Shown: positions 45,280-60,044 of the stretch, piece after piece
Position numbering within the stretch: the first letter of the stretch is position 1
Layout: each line of letters opens with the position of its first letter
DNA from: the human T2T-CHM13v2.0 reference genome, Homo sapiens
DNA: 64,000 nt
Assembly: GCF_009914755.1 (NCBI RefSeq)
Contig: NC_060926.1
Reading direction: 5' to 3' (one strand)
The notes under the pieces: generated by a model
Databases searched by the model: none
Seen by the model: only the letters and a program-made list of their open reading frames with translations
Told to the model about the DNA's origin: nothing
Program-made: the position numbers and the translations under genes

Positions 45280-45714
45280 CAAACCCTATAGTAAGTTCAG
45301 GGTTCTACCTAACTATATTCGTGGGTAGCTAAAAGCCAACTTTGCTTTGGCATTGGTGTGAGAGGTGCATTGATGGCTGGTTTAACGTGTAGCCTCTTAC
45401 CTTCTCTCCTGCCTATCCCTGATCCTTACCTACTGTCAGTCAAGTAGTCAAGTAGTTTCTAAGCAGCAGTATGATGGTAACTGCTAATCTGACTCATCAC
45501 ACTTCCTTAGATCAGGCTGGTAAGGAGACAATGAGCTCAAATGAATTTTAAAAAAGTATTAGTCATAGCACAGGAGACAGCATGAGCTTCTTGCTCAATT
45601 CAATTCTCCTTTCCCCTCAAGTCCCATTGGGTTGATATGGAGATGGGAATTGGCAGATGTACATACAGTGTGTCTGTCACAGCTGAGGAGCCATGAGCTC
45701 AGGAAACTCTTAAT

Positions 45715-45760
45715 CTTTGTTTCTTTTCTTTCTTTCTTTCCTTCTTTCTTTCTTTCTTTC

Positions 45761-45792
<32 letters not shown>
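45715..45792. repeat. (TTTC)n microsatellite
   Basis: Direct reading of the sequence. Confidence 0.95.
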
Positions 45793-48391
45793 ATTTGGGA
45801 GGGAGGGGGAATTTCTAATCTTATAAAGAGACTGCAAAAAAATTAAAATTTAAAATTTAAAAAACACTGATCATTCTCCCTTCTGGAGAGAAATATTGTC
45901 TTAATAGGAATGTAAACAAATCTTCTCCAGGGAGGATAGGGAGCATTCTTTGTACTGTACTGTAATGTCTTTGGAAAGGGAGATATTAGCCTTTAATATT
46001 GAAGAATATAAATAAATCTGAGCAAATTGTCTGTTAAGATTGAGATATGAAGAAATGTGCAAAGTTTATGGAGAATTGTCTCCAAACATCTGTCCCCTTC
46101 CCAGACTAATTACCCTTGTTCTACCCCACATCTGCTACTTGTAGCTTCCTAGAATTATTTCATATTGTGATTTCACTTCATCTAGCAAACTTTTATTTAT
46201 ATTTTAAAAATTATCTTAGAGGTCATCCTACTCTGTGAACTCTTCCTAGACAAGCTACTCAGATCTACTTGTTCCACTTCTATATGCTTTTAGCATTTTG
46301 CCTATATGCTGATCTTGGCAACTATGGAGCTATTCTGTAATTGTTGATTTTTTTTTTTGTCTTCTCCACTACACTGCAGACTCCTTAAGGACAAATATAA
46401 CTTCACAGATGCAACTATGTCTACCTATTTCCTAACACAAATCCTGATGACTTGTTACATTAATTAATTTACTTTTCTGAATCTGAGTTTATCTTCTGCA
46501 AAATGAGCCTATAACCACCTAGCCTATCATGAAACGTATTTTGTAAAATTTGAATGCAGTCTCATCTTGGAATCTCACTTCTCTTCTCTTGGCTGTATTG
46601 GTAATGCTTACTCAATGACCAATTTGCTATGGACATTTTCACCAGTATGTCTCACTGACAGGGATTGCTTCTCCCATATCTAACTGAAAAAAAAAAAAAG
46701 CATGAATTTTATATGCATCATCTAAGGCCCCTGACTTTTTTAAAAAATAAAGCATTGTATAAAGTTCATTACCTAGTAGTTTTCAGCTAATATCTGTGTT
46801 CTGAAAATGATCAGGAGAATGTTCTCACTGTTCTGGGTTCTGTCTGTTCACAGCATTCTTTTTTTTCTTGAAAATGGATGGGTCAAAGTCATTGCTACTT
46901 CTGATGAGTATTTCTTAATCAGGTCACGGTGGCCTTTTTGTTTTTGTTTTGCCTTATTTTTTTATATATATATATATAAAGGAAACTGTTACAGTTACTG
47001 CATGTTCCCCTTGAAAGTCTTTTTGTATTCCATATCTGTCTTTTAAAAATGCAAAAAAAAAAAGATTATGTTTCAGGGTACTATAATCACCAAGTCACAG
47101 TAAAGTCAGAGATTTACTTCAGATTTTCTCTTTCCATTGCATTCTTTTTGATTCATTAGAAGGCAAATCACCTTGATTTTCATATTGCTTAGCAGCATAA
47201 TTTGTTTTTCAGCTCTTGGAGTATCTGTGTTTTCCCATAATCTTCACTTTTTTAAAATCTTTTTTTAACATTTTCAAAGTCAACAAAAGCCCACAAATAT
47301 AACATTTTATTTCTATTTCAGGTTTGTAATGGTATACCCATGAAGACTAATTTTTTACAGTATAAGCATTCATCCTTGAAAACATAACATTCCCAAACAC
47401 ACAAATGACTTTAAGAGCAGCATTTTTCTACAACTGACATTCAGCTTGAGAATCATGGTAGTTACTCAATAGGGGATAAACGCCATGGCACTAAGATAGA
47501 AATATTTTATCCTTCTAACTTTGTGGATTAGGATATTTCTAATTTAATGGTAGAATCATTTACCTCATCTAGGCAATCGGAGATTATGATCCCATGATTT
47601 ACCATATTTCAGCTCCCTTTTTTCTTTTATTAATTGAAAGAACATGGACGCTACTATTGGTAGCCAATAGATGCATCTTTCACTATGTCTTCTTATCATA
47701 GTTTTCAAATATTCACAACACAAAATTATTATTAAATAAATAAAAATCATACTGTCCAAGTCCTGATAACAGTAAAAATGGTAGCTCATAATAGTATACT
47801 ATTTTGTAGTTTACAAATTATGTTTGCTCTTTCAATTTAGGATTCACAGCAGCTATGTAGGTGGGTATCACCACCTCCATCTGAAAATTTTAAAGTGAAA
47901 CTAAAATAGTTAGATAAATATTTAAAGTCATACAACTATAATTTACTAGGACCAACTTATAAATCCAGATCTTCTGAGTCCAACTGTAGCATTTATTTTA
48001 TCAACTGCTTTCCTGTGGAGGTTTTGTCTTGTGTTTTATTTTTTGTCATCTAAGAGAATTTTTTATGTATATTCTTTCACATTTTTGCAGAAGTGTCTCA
48101 GAGTGTGCATATGTGTATGATATGAGTGTATCAGTGTGTGAATATGTATGCAGGGGATTAAAATGATGACATTCCTGATCTCCTTTTTAAAACCATGGCC
48201 TCCATCAGAAATTTATTTTATGTTTTCTTTTTTTCCAAAACTAGGGTCTTAAAGAGGATTTATTATGAAAAGAAAAGTTTGCTGCTAAAATAAAAATTTT
48301 AAAGCTCTAATCTAAAAACAATATATTTCTGTCTATCTGTAGCTTCTCTTTTGACATCCCACAGAATGAATGAACATACATGATTACTGAA

Positions 48392-49089
<698 letters not shown>

Positions 49090-50799
49090 CAGTACATAAT
49101 ATTTTTTTAAAAAGACAGAAAGAAATCAAGCTTACTGAGTAAGGCTACTTGTTAAAGAGGTTGAATTTGAACTCAAATTTATATCTCCATGAGAGATTCA
49201 ATAGCTTTCTATCATATCTTATACTTTTTTCAGTTAACTCATTGTTGATTAAGACACTGAATAAGACACATTGATAGGCATGGGAAGAAAAGCATTAATT
49301 CATTTCCTTATTCAAAACTATTTACTTTGTATCCTTTTTAACATAGCAGTGAAATAGCTACAAATACTACAACTTCAAAGACGAGTTAAAGCCAGTTCCT
49401 ACTACAAGTTCACAATATGATGGGGAAAAGACACACAAAGGCAAAAGCACAGTACAAGATGATAAATGGTTATCCCAAGATGAGGTGGAAGCCATGGAAG
49501 CCAGAAGATGGAACAATACTGTTACATGAGAAAAAAGAGTTCAGTTATTCTGAACAGAAGTTCATTAGGAAAGAGAGACATAAACAACACACACAAATAT
49601 CAGGAACATGAAAATCATAAATTGTTTTAAAAAGACCACTAATTTGGCATAATTGGTGTTTATTATGGCAGAGAAGGCTGAAATAGAGTAGTTTAGGGTC
49701 ACGCTAAGGACCTTGTCTGCCATCAAAGATATTTGGAATTTATCATTCAAGAACTGGAGATCTGCTGAAGAATTTTAAGCAAAATAAGATATAAGCATAG
49801 TCAGATATGACATAAGCATAATTCTTATTCTTGGGGTCTTAAAATCCACTAGAGACAGTGAAATAATATATAAATACATAAAAATAAACTAATAAAAACT
49901 AGATTACAAATACTTTCAGACAACTAGCACAGACGAGAGGTATTACATGACTTCAGAGAAAGAGGAAGGCAACATGAACAGTGTGGAATTTCTATGAACT
50001 TTTTAGGAAGGGAGGGACACAGAGATGGAAAAAAAGAGAGATAAACATGCGTGTGTGTTGTGTGTATACACCTGTGTATTAAATAAAATACATCCATATA
50101 TACAGACCTAAATCAAAACAGTGTTGGCAAGGACACAAAATTGTTAGTGCATTTGTTATTGATTGACTTCGTTAAAATAATATGAAGCATACTAACACAT
50201 ATGTTTTTACTTGTCCTTTGTGACTTCTTTGTCTGGGATTGTGGTTTAGGCTCGATGTTATCTCAGATAGTTCAAATCTATCATTTAAATGATGAAAGCC
50301 TCAGAAGACCTTTAAGTAAAGGAGTATATAATGAAATATCCCAGACCTGTCCAAAAAAAAAAAAAAAAAGCAAATAAAAACAGGAGCAGAAATAGTCTGG
50401 ATGTGTGAGAGTGGAAATGGTAGGGTGACTCTGCAGTCACTTCCTTGGCTCCTGGCTTCTTCCTGTCTCTTAAATGGTGATGTTCCCCAGAATTATAAGT
50501 TTACTGCACCTCCTAGGCTACAAGCTGTCTTGCTCTCCTTTTATAACTTTTACTATTGTCCTGTATGTATAATGGATACCTCAAACTCCATACATTCAAA
50601 ACTGAATTATTTCCCCACAAAATCTGTTCCTCTTTCTGTATTATGAGGTCACTACTTTTTGCTTAATCACCTAAGTCAGAATCATTGAAGTCTTCATAAA
50701 TCCCTTTTCCCTTACTGTCTTACTTTTATGAATCTAAAAAGCATATTTGTTAATTTTGCTTACAATTTTTAACTGTTATAGTTTAATTTTTTCTCATTT

Positions 50800-52900
50800 T
50801 TGTTTTTTAAATTATATTGAAAGTTATGTTTTGCTATGTAGTTCTATTAATTTTAATACACGTATAGATTGATGTAACCATCATTATAATCAGGATAGAG
50901 AATAATTACATCACTCCAAAAATTCCTTTGTGCTATATCTTTCTAGTCATAATTTCTCCCTAATCCTAATCACTATCAACCCCTGATTTGATTTCTTGCT
51001 CACTATAATTCTTTGAAAATGTCATATAAACAGAAAGTATGCAGTATAAAACTTTTAAGACTGACCTTTATGATACAGCATGCCTTCAGGAGCACCACGT
51101 TATGTCTATCAACAGTTTATTACTTTTATTTGTTGAGTAGAATTCTATTACATGGATGTGCCACTATTGGTTTATCCATTGAAGGGCATTTGGCTTATGT
51201 CCAGTTTATGTTAGTTATGAGTACAGTTACTGTAAACATTCATGTACAGGTTTCTGGGTAAACAAAAGTTTTATTTTTCTAGGGTAAATGTCCAGGTCTG
51301 GAATTGCTAGGACACATGATAGCTGTGTATTTAAATGTCTAAAAAAAACTGCCAAACTGTTTTCCAGAGTGGCTGTACCATTTCCCATTCCTACCAACAA
51401 AAGATGAGTTTCAATTGCTCTGCATCTTTTCCACCATTTGATGTTATCAGATATTTTTTCTTACCTTAGCAAGCCTAATTGATTTATAGTGGTATGTCAT
51501 CCTGTTTTTATTTATATTTCCATAATAGTTGACAATGTTGAATATCTTTTCATGTGCTATTTAGCATTCTAATATTGTCTTTGATTATGTTTCTGTGCAA
51601 GTCATATCATAGCATCCCCTTTTAATAACATTTTAGTGATTTATTATCTTACTGTTGAATTCTGAGATGTCTTTATATATTCTGAAAGTAAGTTCTTTAT
51701 GAGATGCGGGATTTGCAATATTTTGTCTCAGTCTGTAGCTGATTATTTTTTATACTGTTAACAGTCTAACCAGTGTCTTTTGCAAAACAATCATTTTAAA
51801 TTTTGGCAAAATTCAATGTATTTAGTTTTTTCTTTAATAGATCGACTATTTATGTCATGCCTCTGAATATTTTGCCCAGGTTATAATTCTTTCCTCTGTC
51901 AACTTCATTTTGCTATTAAACCCAACCAGTAAGTTGTTAATATGGTTTTGGCATTATTGTTTTAAAATTTCCATTTGTTATTTCTTTTTATCTTCTAATT
52001 ATGTGGTAAGAGTTTCTAGCTTTCTATTCACTTCAAGAATGTTTATAATTTATTGCTAAATATTTTTGAAAAACCATCTAAAGTCTTTGACAAATAATGA
52101 CAACATGTTACAGGTGTGTCAAATGAATTGAGATATTCTTGGTTCTTTGTATGCTAAATTATCTTGAATTGGGCCTGGTATATTTTCCGAATGATGTTAT
52201 GAAGTGCTGGGTCTTATTTTAAGTTCTATGGAGGATGCTGATATTTTAATGCTAGCAGGCAATCAACCTGGTTCAGGCCACACGTTCCAATTCGCCTTCT
52301 GTTGACTGTGGTTGTAATGTCACTTTGAAGCCTTTGAAATGCTGTTCAGACCTGTTCTGCATGTGTACTACCCAGTGACCAGTCAGAACTGGTTGATATT
52401 GTATTAGCTCGATTCTCAAAATATAACCCAACCTCTTGGGACCTAAGGTCCCTCAGAGTTTTGGTTTCTGTGGGACCCCATTACCACTGAAGCCACTGCC
52501 ACCATAAGCTCAATTGGGAGCCAAGACACAGATAATAGAGAAAAGAGGAAGCAGAAGAAAGCAGGAGATTTCTGCCCTTTGAGACTCAGGAGTACCCTTT
52601 CCCGCTTCTCTAGCATGAACTAGAGGTTTCTTCTGGAGCTCTTTCTGACTGCATCATATGGCTCTGTGCTGCATTGAGGTCAGGTCAGGGGTTGCTGGAA
52701 GGAAAAAGTGGTCAACTACAAACTGATTCATTAGCACTTTGATTTACGGTCTTCCACTTGAATACATCTACTCCTACATATGTATCAGAGTTCTAATTAG
52801 CTATTCTATTCTTTCTGTCCAGATTTTACACCTGCATTCAGAAAGAATAAGTGAAGGAAGTGTCCGTATTCTATTCAACCCAGAGTCAGAACTAGTCACT
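50800..52900 (-). mobile_element. Old L1M (MB/MC/MD-type) fragments
   Basis: TTTATCCATT..GAAGGGCATTTGG..GTAAACATTCATGTACAGGTTT..AACTGCCAAACTGTTTTCCAGAGTGGCTGTACCATTT; the distal part is less certain. Confidence 0.75.
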
Positions 52901-53990
52901 TTAGTTTTTATCTTCCTCATTTCTTATCTAGACTGTTTCCAAAGCCTTCTAAATTATCTGTGGGGTCAGTTTTGCCCTCTTCAAATCTATGCTCTAATTT
53001 ACTACTACAGTGATCTATATAAAATGAAAATCTTACTCTGTCACGTCTCCATTTAAAGAACCCAAAGCTCTTCCTTGATCTAGCAGGTAACATTAAAGCT
53101 TATTTTCATGGTGTAAAAGACCTTTCATGACTCTCCTTGTTCTTGTTTCTATATCCAGTTTCTTTTCTCATGCCTTCTCCCTAATGTTGACCAGCCTGCC
53201 ATTCATAGGATATGACAGGCGTTCATGACTCTTGTTGCTTGCTTGCATTTTCTCTCGGTGAGAATGTGTTTCTCCTCCCTACTTCACTTGGCCAACTTCC
53301 TTTTATTCTTCAGAACTGACAGGAATCATGCTACTTTCCAGAATATTTTCCCTGAACTCCAGGCTAAGACTTAACATGCTTCCTCTGGTGTTTTTTTATA
53401 TGACTTTTTTCAAAAAAGATATTGTTTTACTCTACATTTTATGTCTATAAATTTTTTCCCTAATTAGATTATAAGTGATTCAAGGGCAGGAATCTTGCTT
53501 CTTTATGTTTGTCATCTCACTACTGCTTGGGGTAACGCAAAAAAAAAAAAAAAGCATTCAAAACTACTGAATTTAATTGAACATATAATGAACTTTCTAA
53601 AGTCAATACTCTGGACCTTTGATGGAATAGAGATTAAGTCTTGAGACAATTTTAGGCTTTTCTTTTACTACATATTGGGCTTAAAACTTGGCTTTACCAT
53701 ATGCTAGATGTATGCCAGTCAGCAAGTTAAACATCCCTCATTACCTCAGTTTTCTCATCTGAAAAAGAGAGCTGGTAATAGTACTTCTCTCAAAAAGCTG
53801 CAGAGCCTTGCAGAAATAATCATAAGCAGAGAGCAAAAGGAATGGTTAGTGATACAAGTCAGCACTCCTTGTATATTCTCTAACCACTGGCGAAACCAGT
53901 CTCAGTTTGAATGTGGCGTGGTTTCAACATGAAGTCAATCATATTAAAAGATTTTCTTTCAAATAATTTGGCCCAGAGAAGAGTCATGGT

Positions 53991-54264
53991 TTATTTATTT
54001 TTCTCTTTTATTTATTTATTTATTTATTTATTTTACAGCTTTAGAGGGCAGCAGTGCAGGTCTGTTACATGGACATATTGTGTGGTGGTAAAGGCTGGGT
54101 GTTTAGTGCACTCATCACCAGATCAGTGAACATTGTGCCAAATAGGTAATTTTTCAGCTTTCACCCCCCTCCAAACCTCCCCACCACTGGAGTCTCCAGG
54201 TGTCTCTCATTCTCCTCTATATGTCTATGTGTACCCACTGTTTAGCTCCCACTTAGAAGTGAGA
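53991..54264 (-). mobile_element. L1PB-type short 3' end with (TTTA)n tail
   Basis: GTGAACATTGTGCCAAATAGGTAATTTTTCA...TTTAGCTCCCACTTAGAAGTGAGA; TSD GAG(T/A)CAT(G/A)GTTTA. Confidence 0.88.
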
Positions 54265-55789
54265 GAGACATAGTTTAACGGCAAGAAATAACTCCAATAT
54301 AAAGCTTCTCACACCTCTAGCCATCTTCTTTAATCACCCATCTCATTTATAGTTTTGTGAGTAACTAAATTCTGTGCTATTTATGTAGGTTTGACCGAAG
54401 AAAAATCCCCTTCAACTTTTGAATAGTTTGGAATATGCCTGTTAAAGTGGAAAGAACAATCAAGTCTATTTCTTCTGATTACTTGCAATTTGGTAGCCAA
54501 TTTTATTACAAGCCTCATGTGAGAAGCACCAGGCAGCACTGTTTGCTGACTATATCAATTCTTTTTCAAATTGTTCAACACATTTCAAAGTCTCAGCATA
54601 CAATTTCCTTGCTTTTCTTCACATCAGAGTGAGAAAAGGGTACATAAATCTTTAGAAAATGAGGCCTCTGAAGCAGCAAGAATAATGCTATTGTCAATAT
54701 ACTAAAAGCTGTTTTAACTCTTCTATACAATTCTTATAAAAGCAAAAATGCCTTTAATAAATGCAGTGACCCTGATAAAAATAAAAGATTACTATATACA
54801 TACCATTACAAATGTTCTAAAAGGTTTCATGTAGTACTTCACTAATTTAAGTGATCTCTGTAATGAGGGACTCCAAGCTATTTCATTATCATAATTTTAT
54901 TGCTGACCCACCAAAGAAAAGGTAATATAATCTTCAAATTATCCTAGCTCTCTAGTATTCATCAAGGAAGGGAATTTAAACAGTCAATACCCCTTGAAAA
55001 GTAGTCTTCTTTCAGTAATACTTATTTTAAGTTGCCATGACTTAAATAGTTTTGCCTCTGGTCTAGATGTCATTTCAAACAGGAAGAAACAGAACAACAA
55101 AAAACAATCAGGAACTTTAAAAAATTACTGAAGAAACATTTCAAACTCAAGAGGAGAGTTTGGGCACAGATACGCAGATAAGTATGTATTATTGCTAAGT
55201 TTTGATCGCACAGACAAAACCAAGCCCAGGTGCTCAAAATAATCCAGTGATGAAAATGATCTAGATTTTCAATTCTAAGATGATACATCATGGCAAATAT
55301 AGGAAAAAGATAGCATTTATGGATGAGTTACTTATATTAATCCATAGCTGTCACTATGCATTAAGTATGATTGATATCTCCCTTGTACATTTTAGGAAGC
55401 AAGCACAGGCTAATCTGCAGATGAAGTAGTGTTTAGCATGTACCTGGATAGAAATGAGCAGCTTTCAACAGTGCCTAATTTGAGCCATTCTGAGCATCTG
55501 AATACTGAATGTCATACCCATGTATGGAATTCTCACTTCAGTTATCTCTAATAATTCCTACAGGGATTTTTTTTATCTTGAACTGTTTAAAAACAAAGTT
55601 ATGAAAATTTTACGCATACACACATTTCTCAGATCAGTTTCCAGTTCCTCCTCATTAAAGAAATAGAGATTGGCTTAGATCTAAATGTCTTCTCTCCCTC
55701 TTTCCCTCCCTCTCTCTATGATGTATGACTCACTATTTTTACGTCTCACAATGCTTTATTTTCAATTTAATACACTTCTCTTCATGTTT

Positions 55790-56160
55790 CAGTGACACAG
55801 TGGAAACTGGCCAGATGTTAAATAATAACATTCTCTTTTCCTAGTTACATAGCAGCACTACAGTTTTTAGCTTTCCTTGTACTTAAGTAGGGACCATATA
55901 ACTCATCCCCAAAGAATGCGGATGGAAATAATGTGAGCTTCTTCCAGGCCTTGCCACAAAAACCATTCATGAGATTATCCACACATCTTTCCTCTTCTAC
56001 TGCCATTTTTAAAAGATGTCAGCATCATAAGATGGAAAGATCTTGGCCCTGAGTCATTATTTAAAGCAGGAACTGCCTGAACTGCATAGATATAAACTTT
56101 GTGTAAAACCAATATTTGGAGGGGTGTTTATGATAGCAGTCAGCATCATTATCCTGCATA
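55790..56160 (+). mobile_element. Old MLT1 (H-J type) LTR
   Basis: GGGACCATATAACT...CTTCCAGGCCTTGCC...CATAAGATGGAAAGA..CCCTGAGTCA. Confidence 0.6.
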
Positions 56161-56201
56161 ATCAAAATGTTAAGGTCATTGAAAGATATCATAACCCAGG
56201 C

Positions 56202-56574
<373 letters not shown>

Positions 56575-56732
56575 CTACAATGGATGTCTGAATTTTCTAT
56601 AACTACTCACAACTTTGGTTGCAATCTTCAGAATCAGTGTCAATACATTATGGCCAAAAGGTAATTCACTAAATGATTAATATCTTACCAGTATGTGACA
56701 GAAATAACACCAACTTAAACTCACAAGGTCTG

Positions 56733-57320
56733 AGCTATAGAATAACCCATTTAGAGAAGAACATGAATGACCTGATTGAACTGAAAAACACAGCACAAGA
56801 ACTTCATGAAGCATACACAAGTATCGATAGCCGAACTGAGCAAGCAGAAGAAAGGATATCAGAGATCGAAGAACAACTTAATGAAATAAAGTGTGAAGAC
56901 AAGATTAGAGCAAAAAGAATGAAAAGGAACAAACAAAGCCTTCAAGAAATATGGGACTATGTGAAAAGACCAAACCTACATTGGAATGGTGTACCTGAAA
57001 GTGACAGGGAGAATGAAACCAAATTGCAAAACACCCTTCAGGATATTATCCAGGAGAACTTCCTCAACCTAGCAAGACAGGCCAACATTCAAATTCAGGA
57101 AATACAGAGAACACCACAAAGATATTCCTTGAGAAGAGCAACCCCAAGACACGTAATCGTCAGATTCACCAAGGTTGACATGAAGGAAAAAAATGTTAAG
57201 GGCAGCCAGAGAGAAAGGTCGGGTTACCCACAAAGGGAAGCCCATCCGACTAACAGAGGGTCTCTCTGCAGAAACCCTACAAGCCAGAAGAGAGTGGGGG
57301 CCAATATTCAACATTCTTAA
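56733..57320 (+). pseudogene. L1PA (about PA7/8) internal ORF1p fragment, frameshifted
   Basis: Translation contains ORF1p motifs QSLQEIWDYVKRPNL, LQDIIQENF.NLARQANIQIQEIQRTPQRYS and RATPRHVIVRFTKV; +1 A in the run at about 57186-57193 shifts the frame. Confidence 0.93.
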
Positions 57321-58440
57321 TGATTCATACTTTTTAAGTCACATTTTCTCTGTTTAATTTTGAATTTCTATTACTACATCTTTAAATTTACTAATCTTCT
57401 ATTCCAAATGTATAATCGTCCATTATTCCCATGTAGTGGAGTTTTCATTTCAGCATTGTAGTTTTCATCACTAGAAGTTCTATTTAGGTCTTTGCATAAT
57501 TTCTTTATCTCTACTTAACATACCCAGTCTTTCCTGTAGCTTCTTGAACTTATGGAATACAGTTACAAGAATTATTCTAATAGCCTTGTCTACTACTTCT
57601 ATCATCTGTATCATTTTCAACAGATTTTTAGTCCTAAGTATGAATCAAATTTTCTTGCTTTTTTGATTGGCTGTCAATTTTTGATTGAACACAAGATAAT
57701 GTGATTCACGCTTTTGTGTGCTAGATATTTTTGTGGGCCTGTAATTATTTTTGAGCTTTGTTTTGTGAAGCAGTTATTTAGAAATGGGGTGAATCTTTCT
57801 GGTCTTTATGTTAAGCTTTGTTTGATAGAGCCAGAACAGCATTTCAGGCTAGATCTAATTTTTCCACATTAATGATGCAAAGCACTTCTGATAAGCTTAC
57901 TTTATGATGTGTGAATCACTCTGGCTGATGGGAAGAGGCACTATGTCCAGTCTGCTTTGAGCTCTGTAAATTTTCCCCTCTAATCCTTACAGGTTGCTTT
58001 TTACCTAGCCTTGTATAGTTTTCTTATAAGCATGTGCTCATTAGTGTTCTCATGTGAATAATAGAAGAAAATGTTCTGCAGATCTCCAAAGTTCTTTTTG
58101 GTTCCTTCCTCTTGAGATTCGTTCCCTGGGAATTCTAGCCACCTTGACCTCACAGAATTCCCAGCTCTCTCTCTCTTTGGCTCAGGAAGACATCTGTGGT
58201 CTGCCTAGAGGAACCTCCCCATGCCACAGTCTGGAAGATTTTTTCAGACAATATCTGAGGCGATCAAGTGCCCACCTCATTTGTTTCCTATCTTTCAGGA
58301 AACATTGCCCTTTATTACCCAGTGCCCATGTCTTGAAAACCATTGTTTCATGCATTTTGTGTTTTGACGTTGTTTCCTTGTTTTAGGTCAAAGGGTAAAT
58401 CTCATCTCTGTCATGTCCCCTTGGCTGGAATAGAAAGCCT
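57321..58440 (-). mobile_element. Old L1M ORF1/5' region fragment
   Basis: TTTTCATTTCAGCATTGTAGTTTTCATCACTAGAAGTTC...CCCACCTCATTTGTTTCC...TCTTGAAAACCATTGTTTCA. Confidence 0.65.
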
Positions 58441-58459
58441 GATTGAAATTTAAATAAAA

Positions 58460-59030
58460 TTATGTCCCTCCTTTCCTTAAAAATCTTCTCTTCACATCTC
58501 ACTTAGTAACAGCTAAAGTCCTTACACAGGTCTACAGGGTCCTACATAACAAGGTCCTGTTATCATTCTGAACTCATCTGCTACTCCACTTTTATTCACT
58601 TATCTGCTCTAGCCACAATGTCCCCCTTGCCTTTTGTTAACTAAGTAAGCTAGGCATGCTCTCCTCTCTTGGCCTTTGGCGTAGGTGTTTTCTCTGTTTC
58701 AAATGTTCTTTCCCTAGATAATCACCTGGTTGGCTCTTCAAATATTGGGTTTTCATTGAGGAACCCTGTGGTCACTCTATGTAAATTCTACAACCCAAAT
58801 CTGACATTCTTTATTCTTCTTTCTTCCTTTATTTTTTCTTCTCAGCACGTATTCTCATATATGTTATGTATTTAACTTTTTATCTATTTATTTTCTGTCT
58901 CTCCTCCATTGAAATATAAGCTCCATAAGGGCAGACTCTAATGTTTTTCCCACTGTATTCATAGTGTCTTCAATGTGACACATTATATAGATATTTATGA
59001 AATAAGTGAATTATGAATGAATACATGATT
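58460..59030 (+). mobile_element. L2 3' end
   Basis: AAAGTCCTTAC...CTGCTCTAGCCACA...TATAAGCTCCATAAGGGCAG...TGAATGAAT tail. Confidence 0.8.
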
Positions 59031-59083
59031 ATTAATCATTTGTGAGAGACTAGTATTTTTCTAATTGGGAGCTTGAAGGATAT

Positions 59084-59604
59084 TGCAGTGGACAGAATAA
59101 TGCCCTTCCCCCTCAAGATGCCCACATCTTAGTCCCTGGGACCTAGAAATCTGTTATGTTACAAGGCAAGGGGAAATTACAGTTGCAGATGGAGCTAACA
59201 TTGCTAAATAGCTGACATTGAGATGAAGAGATGATTTAGATTATCCAAATGGGCCCAATGTAATCACAAGGGTCCTTACAAGTGAAAGGAGAAGTACGTT
59301 ACAAAGTTAGAATGATGCAATGTGAGGAACACTTGACTGGCCATTGCTGGCTTGAATGATGGAAGAGGCCATAGTTAAGGATAGCAGGTAGATTTTAGAA
59401 GCCAGGAAAAAAAAAAAAACCCACAAGAAAATGGATTCCCCCTTAGACTTTCCACAAAGCAACACACCAATACTGCCCACTTGATTTTGGCCTAATGAGA
59501 TACATTTCAGAAATCCAACTTCCATAATGATAAGATAAAAAATTTGTGTTCTTTTAAACCATTAAGTTGTGGTAATCTGTTATAGCAGCAAAAGTAAACT
59601 AATA
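59084..59604 (+). mobile_element. MLT1D-like MaLR LTR
   Basis: CAGAATAATGCCC...GTTGCAGATGGA...GATTATCCAAATGGGCCCAATGTAATCACAAGGGTCCTTA...GTTATAGCAGCAA...AAACTAATA. Confidence 0.85.
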
Positions 59605-59701
59605 AGGACTTTTTTTTTCTCTCCAGTGTTTTTAAATTTCTGATAAAATTATTTGACACAATTCTATTTTCATTCCTCATGCTAGGCCTGAGACAACAAC
59701 C

Positions 59702-60044
59702 TTTTCTTCTCCTTCTTCTTCTTTTTTTGTTTTGCTTTGTTTAGAGAGACTGGGTCTTGGTCTATACATCTAGGCTAGAGTAGAGCAGCATGAACATAGC
59801 TCACTGCAGACTCTAACACCTAGGCTCAAGGGATCCTTCCACTTCAGCCTCCCAGGTAGCTAGGACTACGAGTGTGTGCCACCATACCTGGCTAATTTTT
59901 TTTTTTTTTTTTTTTTTACTTTTTATAAAAACAGGGTTTTCCTATTTTGCCCAGGCTGGTCTTGAACCACTGGCCTCAAGTGATCCTCTCACCTTGGCCT
60001 CCCAAAACCCTGGGATTACAGGTATGAGTCACTGCACATGGCCC
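59702..60044 (-). mobile_element. AluJ
   Basis: CATAGCTCACTGCAG, GGCTCAAGGGATCC and GGCCTCAAGTGATCCTC J-type motifs. Confidence 0.88.
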
